A stretch of DNA of 50,874 bases from Phototrophicaceae bacterium. GTDB taxonomy: Bacteria > Chloroflexota > Anaerolineae > Aggregatilineales > Phototrophicaceae. Shown one piece after another: positions 1-9,110 of this stretch. The notes under the pieces were generated by a model. That model was not told the origin of the DNA and did not search any database. It was given only the letters and a program-made list of their open reading frames with translations. Made by a program: the position numbers and the translations under genes. The stretch lies in the NCBI GenBank assembly GCA_049318725.1, contig JBMOFU010000001.1:1-50874 (forward strand), given 5' to 3'. Within the stretch, counting starts at the first letter, position 1; each line of letters opens with the position of its first letter.

Positions 1-537
1 CCGTCTGCCGGGCATCATTTTCTGGCGTATTTAGAACAACTTGGGAAGTTAAAGGCCGTGATTACTCAAAATGTAGACAGCCTACACACAAAGGCGGGTA
101 ACACAACCGTCTATGAGTTACATGGTCACTGCCGAACGGCCACCTGTACCCATTGCTTCCGCAAGTTTGATGCAACCGCCTTACTGGAAGCGCTGATTAA
201 AACGGGTGAAATCCCCATGTGTGCTTGCCAACCTGCTGGAAGCGTCATTAAACCAGATGTGATATTGTTTGGGGAACAATTGCCAGTCAAGGTGGTACAA
301 GCAACCCGTCGTGCGCTGATACAGGCAGATTTACTGCTGGTGATGGGGTCTAGCTTACAAGCAGAGCCAGCGGCCAACATCCCCTACATTGTTGCTGAAC
401 ACGGCGTCAAACTGGTGATTATCAACGATGAACCCACCCACATAGATTCACTGGCGCATGTGGTATTACGGGGTAACATTGAAGGTTATATTGAGCCAAT
501 CATTGAGGTTTTAGAAACGAGCTATGAGAGATCGTAA
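1..537 (+). CDS. cobB: NAD-dependent protein deacylase, Sir2/CobB family (5' end outside window)
   Basis: Frame 1 is open from base 1 (PSAGHHFLAYLEQLGKLKAVITQNVDSLH...). It shows the Sir2 QNVD and HG motifs, a cysteine zinc module (CTHC...CAC) and the VILFGE segment. The tracked ORF 58..537 begins at an internal GTG. Confidence 0.85.
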   Translation, partial: PSAGHHFLAYLEQLGKLKAVITQNVDSLHTKAGNTTVYELHGHCRTATCTHCFRKFDATALLEALIKTGEIPMCACQPAGSVIKPDVILFGEQLPVKVVQATRRALIQADLLLVMGSSLQAEPAANIPYIVAEHGVKLVIINDEPTHIDSLAHVVLRGNIEGYIEPIIEVLETSYERS

Positions 538-1732
538 TCTCATCACGCAAACCAAGCTCCTAGAGCGCTATGAGCGTCTGATTAGCATCAGCCAGCGAAT
601 GAACTCTACTTTTGAGGTTCGTTCGTTGTTGGGGATGATTATTGACGCGGCGAAAGAGCTGACCGATACAGAAGCGGCATCTATTTTGCTTATTGACCCC
701 TCTAGCGGGGATTTGCGTTTTGAGGCCGCCTCTAACATCAAGCCGCACGAGATGGAGCGTATCACCGTTCCGCTTGATGGGAGCATCGCGGGCTGGATTG
801 TCAAGCACGGTGAACCGCGTGTTATTCACGATGTGACGAAAGAGCCTGAATTTTACAATCGGGTAGACGATGCGATTGCCTTCAAGACCCGTAGCCTGTT
901 GGGGGTTCCGATGCGCGCCCATGATAAGGTGATTGGCGTGTTAGAGGCGCTCAATAAAAACGATGATAACGAATTTTACCCTGACGACATTGAAACCCTC
1001 ACTGCGTTGGCAAACCAAGCCGCCATTGCGATTGAAAATGCGCGCTTGTTCCAACAAAGTGACTTTATCGCTGAAATGGTGCATGAAATCCGTACGCCAC
1101 TAGCGGCGTTAAAGGCCAGTACGGTGTTGCTCCAACGCCCAGATTTACCCGCTGAAAAGCGCACCGATATTGTGGTGACGATGCAGGGCGAAACGGAACG
1201 GTTGATCCGTATGACGAGCGAGTTTTTAGACCTTGCACGGCTAGAATCGGGTCGCTTCCAGCTTGAAAAAGCCCCGTTTGACCTCAACCGCCTGTTACAC
1301 GAAAGCGTGGATGTGGTCATTCATCAAGCCCAGCAAAAAAGTGTGACCTTTCACCTCAACGCGGTGCCGATTCAGGTGATGGGGGATCGTGGCAAAATCA
1401 AGCAGGTGATTTTGAATATGCTGACCAACAGCATTAAGTACAACCGTGAAAACGGCCATGTGACGATTCGGGTGCGCGACATTGAAATCAAGGGCGATGC
1501 CTTCGTTGAAATTTCCGTGTCAGATACTGGCTTTGGGATTTCTGCCGACAACCTCAAGAATTTGTTTCAAAAGTTCTTCCGTGTGGCAGACACTGCCGGA
1601 ATGACGCAAGGGACGGGGCTTGGGTTAGCCATCACCCGCCATATTGTTGAGGCGCACGGCGGGCAAGTATGGGCAGAAAGCGAACATGGCAAGGGGTCAA
1701 CGTTCTTTGTCACGCTGCCTGTAGCCCATTAG
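524..1732 (+). CDS. Cytoplasmic sensor histidine kinase (GAF + HisKA + HATPase_c)
   Basis: N-terminal GAF-like region, H-box (EMVHEIRTPL), N box (NSIKYN) and G boxes (DTGFGI, GTGLGLAI). No TM segment seen. The ATG overlaps the Sir2 stop by 14 nt. Confidence 0.9.
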   Translation: MRDRNLITQTKLLERYERLISISQRMNSTFEVRSLLGMIIDAAKELTDTEAASILLIDPSSGDLRFEAASNIKPHEMERITVPLDGSIAGWIVKHGEPRVIHDVTKEPEFYNRVDDAIAFKTRSLLGVPMRAHDKVIGVLEALNKNDDNEFYPDDIETLTALANQAAIAIENARLFQQSDFIAEMVHEIRTPLAALKASTVLLQRPDLPAEKRTDIVVTMQGETERLIRMTSEFLDLARLESGRFQLEKAPFDLNRLLHESVDVVIHQAQQKSVTFHLNAVPIQVMGDRGKIKQVILNMLTNSIKYNRENGHVTIRVRDIEIKGDAFVEISVSDTGFGISADNLKNLFQKFFRVADTAGMTQGTGLGLAITRHIVEAHGGQVWAESEHGKGSTFFVTLPVAH

Positions 1733-1737
1733 ATCGG

Positions 1738-1763
1738 CAGGGATTCACCACTGAATCCCTGCT
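1738..1763. terminator. 10-bp hairpin between convergent histidine kinase and secF genes
   Basis: GCAGGGATTC-ACCACT-GAATCCCTGC, a perfect inverted repeat. No clear U-tract on either strand. Confidence 0.45.
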
Positions 1764-1777
1764 AATCAAACGCTAGA

Positions 1778-2728
1778 TTAGTCGCTTTCAGCGGCCAGCG
1801 TGGGGTAGCCGCCCTTCAAAAACGGAATTTCGCCTTTTTCCCACGCAACTAACAGTGGAACGGCGTTGAAAATGGACGAATAGGTTCCAGAAACCAAGCC
1901 GATAAACAACACGGCGATAAACGGCTTCACGCTAGGCCCCCCGAACAACAGAATCGCCACCATCACAAAGAAGGCGTTTAACTGGGTTGCCAATGAGCGG
2001 TGGATGGTTTCTAGCACGCTACGGTTGACAATCGTTTCGTAGGGTTCCCCTAAATGTTTAGGGATGTTCTCTCGGATGCGGTCAAACATGACGATCGAAT
2101 CTTGTACGGAGAAGCCGACCACCGTTAAGACCGCGCTCAAGAACAGCGCATCTACTTCCCAACCGAACAGAATGCCCCCTAACGAAACCGCCCCTAACAT
2201 CACCAATACGTCATGTAACATCGCCACTACTGCACAGATGCCATAACGAAAGGCGTTCGGAATTTTGCGGAAGGCCAAGACAATGAACACCGTGACGACG
2301 AGCGAAGCCACTGCCACTGCCAAGAACGCAGAACGGGTTACTTCAGCGCCAATGGTGGGGGAAACAAACTCGCTGCTGGTCGTTTGGGGGATCAAGTTAT
2401 AGTTATCTTCTAGGTCAGTCACGAGCGAGATAGATTCATTGTCGGGCAAGAATCCAGAACGGATTGACCAGCGATTTTCTTCAAGGTCACCAATCCGTTG
2501 CACAATGATGTTGTCTTCGCCATATTTGGCAAAGACTTCGCGCAGGGTGCTTTCTTCGATGGCTTCGCTGAACTGCAATTCATAGATGTTGCCCCCGGCG
2601 AAGTCAATGCTGAGGATAAACGGCGAGCCGGTTTGAACGAAGGAATAGCCCATAATGGCAAGCCCGATGCCAATGACCAGCGTGGAGAGCAAGAAATAGT
2701 AACGGCGATGTTGCACAAGTTGAAACAT
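1778..2728 (-). CDS. secF: Protein translocase subunit SecF
   Basis: Multi-TM protein with the SecF signature region (FGWEVDALFLSAVLTVVGFSVQDSIVMFDRIRE). Sits directly downstream of secD. Confidence 0.93.
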   Translation of the reverse strand: MFQLVQHRRYYFLLSTLVIGIGLAIMGYSFVQTGSPFILSIDFAGGNIYELQFSEAIEESTLREVFAKYGEDNIIVQRIGDLEENRWSIRSGFLPDNESISLVTDLEDNYNLIPQTTSSEFVSPTIGAEVTRSAFLAVAVASLVVTVFIVLAFRKIPNAFRYGICAVVAMLHDVLVMLGAVSLGGILFGWEVDALFLSAVLTVVGFSVQDSIVMFDRIRENIPKHLGEPYETIVNRSVLETIHRSLATQLNAFFVMVAILLFGGPSVKPFIAVLFIGLVSGTYSSIFNAVPLLVAWEKGEIPFLKGGYPTLAAESD

Positions 2729-2737
2729 TGGCTTCCC

Positions 2738-4171
2738 CTAAGTCCCCAGCGTCCATTTATGTTGCTGGATGTAATTAAAGCCGACGCGAGTGACCAAGCT
2801 CAGGAATGTCTTGGTGACGATCACGGCGGTAAATAGGTTCAATACCAGACCCAATGCCAGCGTAATGGCAAAGGCGCTCACGATGCTGGCGCCGGGGGTT
2901 TGCCCGAACAAGAACAAGATCGCGCAGATGATGATGGTAGAGGTGTTGGAATCTCGGATGGACGCCCATGCCCGTTGGAAACCCGTTTCTAGCGATTCCC
3001 CAAGCGGTTGCCCGTTCCGCACTTCCTCTTTGATGCGTTCAAAGATCAAGATGTTGCCGTCTACCGCCGTGCCAATCGAAATCAAGAAGCCCGCGATGGC
3101 CGGGAGCGTCAACGTCACCGGGATCATCTTAAAGAGCGCAAGGTTCATCACAATGAAGACAAACAGCGCTAAGTCTGCGGCGATGCCTAACGCCCGATAG
3201 TAGATCAACATAAAGGCCAAGACAATCACTACGCCGATGATTCCAGCGCGGATACTCAAATCAACCGATTGTTGCCCTAACGTAGCGCCAACCGTTGCGC
3301 CGTTTTCCACGCGCAGGGGGATTTGCAGCGCCCCAGAGCGCAGTTGTAGCGCCAATGTTTCGGCTTCCTCTTGGGTGAAGTTCCCAGAAATGACGCCGCC
3401 GTTGGGCAATGCCGCTTGAATCGTTGGGGCAGAAAGTAACACACCATCTAACACGATCCCCATCGGTTCACCGATGTTGGCTGCTGTGTAGGAACCAAAC
3501 ACCTCTCGCCCATCACCAGAAAGCTCAAAGGCAATCAGCCACCCGCCGTTTTGTGAATCATATTGGGCGGCTGCTGAAGATAAGCCGCCGCCTGTCATCA
3601 CCGTTTCAAATGGCAGGCCGGTTTGTTGATTGACAATGCTGCTCAGGGAAGGGTCTATAAATTCCTCACCGCTGGCTTCAGCCACAATCCGCCGCTGTTG
3701 GATGACTTTATCTTGTTCAGTGGTGAGGACGGGTTGGTTGACAAATTGGGCAACCTGACCGCTTAACCCGCTGAAGTTGACAAATTCTAAGAGCGCGGTT
3801 TGCTGAATGGCATCAATCGCTTGTTGTGGGTCACGCACGCCGGGTAGCTCTACTAGAATACGATTATTCCCCTGTACCTGTACCGTAGATTCCGAAAGGC
3901 CAAGCGAGTTCACGCGCCGTGCCACGCTGTTGGCAGTTTCTTGCAGTTCTTCGGGCGTGTAGGCATCGGGGGGGAGTTCAGCAGCGAGCAGCACGCGCAG
4001 GCCGCCGACTAAATCCAGACCGAGTGGCTGGTTTATGACTGTTTCTGGAGTGCCGTCAAAGTTAAAGTCTATTGCAGTGCCGTTGGTGCTAGGTAGTGCC
4101 ATCCATGTGCAAAAGATGGCAATCCCCAAGATTGCAATGAGCCATCCGGTTTGGCGTTGCATGTAATTCAT
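2738..4171 (-). CDS. secD: Protein translocase subunit SecD
   Basis: N-terminal TM, large periplasmic-type domain, and a C-terminal RND-like 6-TM block (LTLPAIAGFLISIGTAVDGNILIFERIKEE). Confidence 0.93.
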   Translation of the reverse strand: MNYMQRQTGWLIAILGIAIFCTWMALPSTNGTAIDFNFDGTPETVINQPLGLDLVGGLRVLLAAELPPDAYTPEELQETANSVARRVNSLGLSESTVQVQGNNRILVELPGVRDPQQAIDAIQQTALLEFVNFSGLSGQVAQFVNQPVLTTEQDKVIQQRRIVAEASGEEFIDPSLSSIVNQQTGLPFETVMTGGGLSSAAAQYDSQNGGWLIAFELSGDGREVFGSYTAANIGEPMGIVLDGVLLSAPTIQAALPNGGVISGNFTQEEAETLALQLRSGALQIPLRVENGATVGATLGQQSVDLSIRAGIIGVVIVLAFMLIYYRALGIAADLALFVFIVMNLALFKMIPVTLTLPAIAGFLISIGTAVDGNILIFERIKEEVRNGQPLGESLETGFQRAWASIRDSNTSTIIICAILFLFGQTPGASIVSAFAITLALGLVLNLFTAVIVTKTFLSLVTRVGFNYIQQHKWTLGT

Positions 4172-4193
4172 CTTCCCCTTTTTATGATTGGGC

Positions 4194-4520
4194 TTAACGT
4201 TTTTCGGTAGGTTCGTCGTTTAGCGCACGTTGGGTATTTTCAGCCAATTGTTTGGGATCATACTCAGAAACTACAGAGGCAGCGATGACCTTGATAACGA
4301 CGCCTTCGGCAATTTCTAAATTGACCACCCCCGTTTCGGCATCCATGCCCACCACCCGCCCAACGACCCCCCCAAAGGTAATGACTTCATCCCCCATATG
4401 GAGTGACCGAACATATTTTTGGCGTTGGTTAAATTCTCGTTGACGCGGATATACAAAGAACGACCAATATCCCCCCATCACCAGAAGCATAACCACCAAC
4501 AAAAACCCAAATTCAGCCAT
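4194..4520 (-). CDS. yajC: Preprotein translocase subunit YajC
   Basis: Single TM followed by the YajC motif (MGDEVITFGGVVGRVVGMD). I chose the ATG at 4520 (MAEFGFLL...) rather than the TTG at 4550. Forms a yajC-secD-secF operon. Confidence 0.85.
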   Translation of the reverse strand: MAEFGFLLVVMLLVMGGYWSFFVYPRQREFNQRQKYVRSLHMGDEVITFGGVVGRVVGMDAETGVVNLEIAEGVVIKVIAASVVSEYDPKQLAENTQRALNDEPTEKR

Positions 4521-4618
4521 AGTACATTTTATTCCTTGAATGGCAAGCAAACCCGATCATTATAGTCCTATGCAATTGAAAAGGTGAAGGCGGCATGTAG
4601 AAAAACAGCCACTAGGTT

Positions 4619-4627
4619 TGCTATAAT
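4619..4627 (+). promoter_or_regulatory. Extended -10 promoter element (TGcTATAAT) for the HEAT-repeat gene
   Basis: TG at 4619-4620 and TATAAT at 4622-4627, about 50 nt upstream of the 4679 start. Confidence 0.4.
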
Positions 4628-4678
4628 AGGGTTTAACGGTGTTTTGTAATATCCGGTGTAGCAGAGGAAATCATCATC

Positions 4679-4903
4679 GTGAAAAAGCTAGTGAGCTATC
4701 ACATCTCACGCCTGTCTGACAAAAACGTGGCAGTGCGGTTGAATGCGGTTGAAGAACTTCGTAAGTTGGATGATCCAGATGCGCTACAACCCTTACAAGA
4801 GTTGTTCCAGAATGACGCTGATGTAGACGTTCGGCGGGCAGCACAAGAGGCAGGTCGGACGATCTTTATGTCTCAAAAAGCCCGTGAAGGCGGGGGTACC
4901 TAA
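4679..4903 (+). CDS. Small HEAT-repeat protein
   Basis: Two HEAT/PBS-lyase-like repeats (VAVRLNAVEELRKLDDPDALQPL; DVDVRRAAQEAGRTI). Confidence 0.6.
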   Translation: MKKLVSYHISRLSDKNVAVRLNAVEELRKLDDPDALQPLQELFQNDADVDVRRAAQEAGRTIFMSQKAREGGGT

Positions 4904-4917
4904 TTCGTCTATAGGTT

Positions 4918-4943
4918 AGGGGCGGTGTGGCAACGCCGCCCCT
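4918..4943. terminator. GC-rich hairpin between the convergent HEAT gene and valS
   Basis: AGGGGCGG...CCGCCCCT stem (8 bp) around a 10-nt loop. Confidence 0.45.
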
Positions 4944-4953
4944 AGTGCCTCAC

Positions 4954-7620
4954 TTAGGCGTTATTTTGGCAAAGTTGGCGAATCCGCTCGGTAATCTGTT
5001 GAGCTTTCGCCTGTAGGTCAGCTAGGCCGTCCCGTTCTTTTTGGATCACTGCTTCGGGCGCACGGGCGACAAACCCCTCATTGGCTAACATCCCCTCACT
5101 GCGTATCACCCCTTGCATGACCTTTTCAAGTTCTTTTTGCAGGCGCGCACACTCTGCACTGACATCCACCAAATCGTCTAACGGCAAGTAGAAGATCACA
5201 TCATTCGAGACGATTGAGGCGGCTTTGTCTGGTACAGGGTCGGCTTCCCCTAAAAGGGTGATGTCGGTGACGTTGGTATTCGGCACGCGGGCAAAGATCG
5301 GCAAATTGGCCTGTAACAGGTCGCTATGGGTGCCGGGACTCACCAACGCCTTGAGTTTGCGCTTGGCCTCCACATTGTATTCATCGCGGGTGTTGCGGAT
5401 GCCGCGCACTAGATCAATCAGCAGGTTCATGTCGCTTTCGGCCTGCTCATTGATGTAGGCGGCTTCGGCTTGCGGCCACTTGGCGATGATTAATGCCTCA
5501 CCCTCAACAGGTAGATAGCTCCATGCGGCTTCTGTGGAAAAGGGCATGAACGGGTGCAGCAAACGTAGTGAGGTGTCTAGGACATGCACCAGCGTGCGGA
5601 GTGCGTTCTCACGGGATTTTGCATCCCCGTCGTAGATGGCGGTCTTAGAAAACTCAATGTACCAGTCGGCAAATTCGTGCCAGATGAACTCGTAAATCTG
5701 GCGGCCTGCTTCGCCAAACTGGTAGATGTCGAACAGCTTTTGCACATTGCTGATCACGTTGTTCAGGCGGCTCAAAATCCAGCGTGACGGCAAATCGAGT
5801 TCATCTACGGGCGGCGCGCCCGCAGGCAATTGCCCGCTATAGTTGCTTTCGAGGTTGAACTTGACGAAGCTCACCATATTCCAGATTTTGTTGATGAACT
5901 TGAAGTTACCCTCAATGCGGGAGGGGTCTAGGTTGACATCTTGGCCGGGTGTGCCGCTGGTGATGAGCGTGTAACGGAGCGGGTCTGCGCCGTATTGTTC
6001 GATGATCTCTAGCGGGTCAATCACGTTGCCCAACGTTTTGCTGATTTTGCGGCCTTGCTTGTCCCGAATCAAGCCGTGCAGATAAACGGTATGGAACGGC
6101 GGTTCATCGGTGAACCACAGGCCAAGCATTATCATGCGGGCGACCCAGAAGAACAGAATATCCCAGCCTGTTTCCATCACAGCAGTGGGGTAGTAGCGTT
6201 TCAGGTCGGCGGTTTGTTGCGGCCAGCCCAACGTGCTAAACGGCCATAATCCGCTGCTGAACCATGTATCTAACACGTCTTCATCAGGCGTCCATGGGCC
6301 ACCTTCGGCGGGCATCTCGGCGCTGATAACCATATTCCCTTGTGGATCGTACCATGCAGGGACGCGATGCCCCCACCATAACTGGCGGCTGATGTTCCAG
6401 TCTTGGATGTTTTCCATCCAGTGGAAGAAGACCTTCTCAAAGCGTTCTGGAACGAACTTGATCTTGCCATCGCGCACGGCTTGCATGGCTTTGTCTGCCA
6501 GCGGTTGGATTTTCACAAACCACTGCGTACTCAGCATCGGCTCCACGACTTCGCCGCCGCGTTGACTGCGCGGCACAGCATATTGATGATCGGTCACTTT
6601 GAGCGTTAGCCCGGCCTCGCTCATATCTGCCCAGAGCTTTTCACGGGCGGCATAGCGGTCTAGGCCAGCGTAAGCGCCCGCATTGGCGTTGAGCGTGGCA
6701 TCTGGGTTCATGATGTTGAGCAACGGCAGGTTGTGGCGTTGTGCCAACTCATAGTCGTTAAAGTCATGGGCAGGGGTGATCTTCAACGCGCCTGTACCAA
6801 ACGACACATCTACATAGTCATCGGCAATGACGATGATCTCTCGGTTGAGCATCGGCACAAACGCTTTTTTACCGATCAAGTGTTTATAGCGCTCGTCGTC
6901 AGGGTGAACGCAAACGGCAGTATCCCCAAGAATCGTTTCTGGGCGGGTGGTTGCCACTGGAATAAATTCGCCGCCTTCAACGGGATAGTTGAAGTAGTAC
7001 AGCTTGCCCATTTCTTCTGAGCTTTCTACCTCAAGGTCAGAAACGGACGTTTGCAACCCCGGTGACCAGTTCACCAGCTTAGGCCCGCGATAGATCAAGC
7101 CTTGTTCATGTAGGTCAATGAACACCTTTTGCACGGCATCGGATAGCCCCTCATCCATGGTGAAGCGTTCACGATCCCAATCGCAGCTTGCGCCCAAGCG
7201 CCGTAGCTGGCGGGTGATCGTCCCGCCGTATTGTTCCTTCCACGCCCAAGTGCGGCGCAGGAATTCGTCACGCCCAACCGCTTGGCGGCTTGTTCCCTCA
7301 CTGCGGAGCAATTTTTCGACCTGTAGCTGCGTGGCGATGCCGGCATGGTCGGTGCCGGGAACCCACAGCGCCGCCTTGCCGCGCATCCGCTCGTAACGGA
7401 TCATCAAGTCTTCAAGGGCGGTGAACAAGGCATGGCCGATGTGTAGCGCGCCCGTGACGTTGGGTGGGGGCATACTAATCACGAAGGCTTCAGCATCAGC
7501 GGCGGCAACTTCTGGCTTGAAGTAACCGTTGGCTTCCCACCATTCGTAAATTTGCGCTTCGGCCTGCTGAGGGTCGAAGTTTTTTGGCATTTCTTGAGGC
7601 AGCGGTAACGTTTTTTCCAT
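4954..7620 (-). CDS. valS: Valine--tRNA ligase
   Basis: 888 aa with the HIGH motif (NVTGALHIGHAL), a KMSKS variant (KISKTLGN), a class Ia editing-domain insertion and a C-terminal coiled coil. A GGAGGA RBS lies 6 nt before the ATG. Confidence 0.97.
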   Translation of the reverse strand: MEKTLPLPQEMPKNFDPQQAEAQIYEWWEANGYFKPEVAAADAEAFVISMPPPNVTGALHIGHALFTALEDLMIRYERMRGKAALWVPGTDHAGIATQLQVEKLLRSEGTSRQAVGRDEFLRRTWAWKEQYGGTITRQLRRLGASCDWDRERFTMDEGLSDAVQKVFIDLHEQGLIYRGPKLVNWSPGLQTSVSDLEVESSEEMGKLYYFNYPVEGGEFIPVATTRPETILGDTAVCVHPDDERYKHLIGKKAFVPMLNREIIVIADDYVDVSFGTGALKITPAHDFNDYELAQRHNLPLLNIMNPDATLNANAGAYAGLDRYAAREKLWADMSEAGLTLKVTDHQYAVPRSQRGGEVVEPMLSTQWFVKIQPLADKAMQAVRDGKIKFVPERFEKVFFHWMENIQDWNISRQLWWGHRVPAWYDPQGNMVISAEMPAEGGPWTPDEDVLDTWFSSGLWPFSTLGWPQQTADLKRYYPTAVMETGWDILFFWVARMIMLGLWFTDEPPFHTVYLHGLIRDKQGRKISKTLGNVIDPLEIIEQYGADPLRYTLITSGTPGQDVNLDPSRIEGNFKFINKIWNMVSFVKFNLESNYSGQLPAGAPPVDELDLPSRWILSRLNNVISNVQKLFDIYQFGEAGRQIYEFIWHEFADWYIEFSKTAIYDGDAKSRENALRTLVHVLDTSLRLLHPFMPFSTEAAWSYLPVEGEALIIAKWPQAEAAYINEQAESDMNLLIDLVRGIRNTRDEYNVEAKRKLKALVSPGTHSDLLQANLPIFARVPNTNVTDITLLGEADPVPDKAASIVSNDVIFYLPLDDLVDVSAECARLQKELEKVMQGVIRSEGMLANEGFVARAPEAVIQKERDGLADLQAKAQQITERIRQLCQNNA

Positions 7621-7633
7621 TTGGGTTCCTCCG

Positions 7634-8407
7634 TTATTCAGGTTTACGAGAGATAATCACACGATCAGTGCGGTCGGCGCGGTCTTCAAAGTCCTTAAAG
7701 CCGACTTCTAACAGCACCACTTTGACCTCATCGGTAGAGAGCGGGCGGTATTTCACCCAGCGCTTGAGCGTCTTGTAGCGCTTGCCATCCTGACTTTGCA
7801 CTACATACAGGTTTTGCTTGGCGATAACAGGCGGGCCTTCTTCCCATTCCCACACATCAAAAGTGATGAGTTCGCCGTGTTCTTCCAAGTCGTGAATAAA
7901 GCCGGGGATGAAGCGCGGGCGGTCTTCCATAAAAGGCGCAAAATCGCGCATTCCGATGATGAGTAGCCCGCCGGGACGCAAATAGTTGTAGAAGATTTTG
8001 AGAGTCTGCTCAATCTCTTCATCCAGCAACAAGTGGGGTAGCGCATTGCCCTTAGAAATAACTGCATCAAATGTACCGTGAACGTATTCGGGCAAGTTTA
8101 AGAAGTCAATCCGCTCAAATTGGATTTTATCGCTGACCTGAAAGCGCTCGGCAATCTCGTGTGCTTTGCGGAGCATCCCCGCGCTAGGGTCGGCGGCGAC
8201 GACTTCATAGCCCAACTGCGCCAATGGGATGGCTTGAATGCCAACCCCACAAGAGGCATCTAAAACGCGGTGAATCTGTTGATTGCGAAACAGCGCCCGT
8301 AGCCCGATGCCTTCGCGCTCCAGTTGCGTTTCCCAATCCCGATAGAAGTAAGGGTAGTATTCCGCAATCACATCGTAGAATAAGTTGGTATCGTTGCTGT
8401 GGCTCAA
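7634..8407 (-). CDS. Class I SAM-dependent methyltransferase
   Basis: SAM motif I (VLDASCGVGIQAIPLAQLGYEVVAADPS). The start is moved to the in-frame TTG at 8407 (GAGAGG RBS 6 nt upstream), because the tracked N-terminal extension up to 8521 runs through the T-box terminator. Its stop is 13 nt from the valS start. Confidence 0.8.
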   Translation of the reverse strand: MSHSNDTNLFYDVIAEYYPYFYRDWETQLEREGIGLRALFRNQQIHRVLDASCGVGIQAIPLAQLGYEVVAADPSAGMLRKAHEIAERFQVSDKIQFERIDFLNLPEYVHGTFDAVISKGNALPHLLLDEEIEQTLKIFYNYLRPGGLLIIGMRDFAPFMEDRPRFIPGFIHDLEEHGELITFDVWEWEEGPPVIAKQNLYVVQSQDGKRYKTLKRWVKYRPLSTDEVKVVLLEVGFKDFEDRADRTDRVIISRKPE

Positions 8408-8441
8408 GAGCCGCCTCTCTACTACGGTCTTCGGACAAATC

Positions 8442-8482
8442 AAAAACGCCCTTCCATCCTCATGAACAAGGACGGGAGGGCG
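8442..8482 (-). terminator. Intrinsic terminator of the T-box expression platform
   Basis: Minus strand: CGCCCUCCCGUCC-loop-GGAUGGAAGGGCG followed by UUUUUGAUUU. It is a 13-position stem with one mismatch and one G-U pair. Confidence 0.8.
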
Positions 8483-8740
8483 TTTTAGTTGCACACTCTC
8501 GTGGTACCACCTTGCTTCCAACCATTGGTTGGCGCTCGACTACGCGCTAACGGGCGTTCCCGGTTGGTTCTACTAATTGACCCCCTATAACAGGGCGCCA
8601 ATGTTCTACCAACAAACTCGCAGATGACGTTCGGTGAGCGGGGGTGAACAGGCTCGCAGCCGATGGCCTGTACTCTCTGGCACCTGAAGCACTCACGTAC
8701 TGTTCTGGTCTTCGTCTGTGCTAACTATTGTACTGGATTG
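8442..8740 (-). promoter_or_regulatory. T-box riboswitch leader, probable Val specifier (GUC)
   Basis: Read on the minus strand. Stem I has an AGAGA/AGUA bulge (CCAGAGAGUAC). The specifier loop has the S-turn halves AGUA and GAA, followed by C-GUC-A. Also present: an AGUA-II box (AAUUAGUAGAAC), an F-box (CCCGUUAG) and the T-box sequence AAGGUGGUACCACGAG with a UGGU bulge. A terminator hairpin follows. Confidence 0.85.
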
Positions 8741-8746
8741 ATGAAC

Positions 8747-8776
8747 AGTATAGGGGATTTTACGTAAGCGCGTCAA
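8747..8776 (-). promoter_or_regulatory. Sigma-70-type promoter for the T-box/methyltransferase/valS transcript
   Basis: Minus strand: TTGACG (8776-8771), 18-nt spacer, TATACT (8752-8747). Confidence 0.5.
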
Positions 8777-8813
8777 CACCCTGAACGGCAGGGGAAGGTT
8801 TTGCTATTGCGTA

Positions 8814-9104
8814 ATGCCCTCAAGATTCATTATGATTGCAGCATATCGCATTATTTCTGGGAGTTTCATTTTGCAAGCGACGTTTCAACTTGCGCGTGAG
8901 CGGATCACCACCATTAGCCTGATTATCGGTGAAGTTGTGGGTTCGGTCATTGCGCTGTCGTTTTACTTCACCTTCTTCATTCCCTTTGCGCTGATTGCGC
9001 TGGCCGGGAAAGACCCGCTACGGCGAAAAATCATCGGTGATCCACAGTGGTTAGACCGTGAACCGATTTCTACTGAATTAGACCGCGCCAAGCGCCAAGG
9101 ATAA
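8814..9104 (+). CDS. SxtJ-like small membrane protein
   Basis: Two hydrophobic segments followed by ...FALIALAGKDPLRRK..., which resembles the SxtJ family. It lies 6 nt upstream of a carbamoyltransferase, the usual SxtJ context. The start codon is uncertain. Confidence 0.6.
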   Translation: MPSRFIMIAAYRIISGSFILQATFQLARERITTISLIIGEVVGSVIALSFYFTFFIPFALIALAGKDPLRRKIIGDPQWLDREPISTELDRAKRQG

Positions 9105-9110
9105 AAACTC

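Noticed and set aside
8408-8521. N-terminal 38-aa extension of the methyltransferase ORF in the track (start at 8521).
   Set aside because: This stretch contains the T-box sequence and the terminator hairpin with its U-tract. A TTG with a good RBS follows at 8407.
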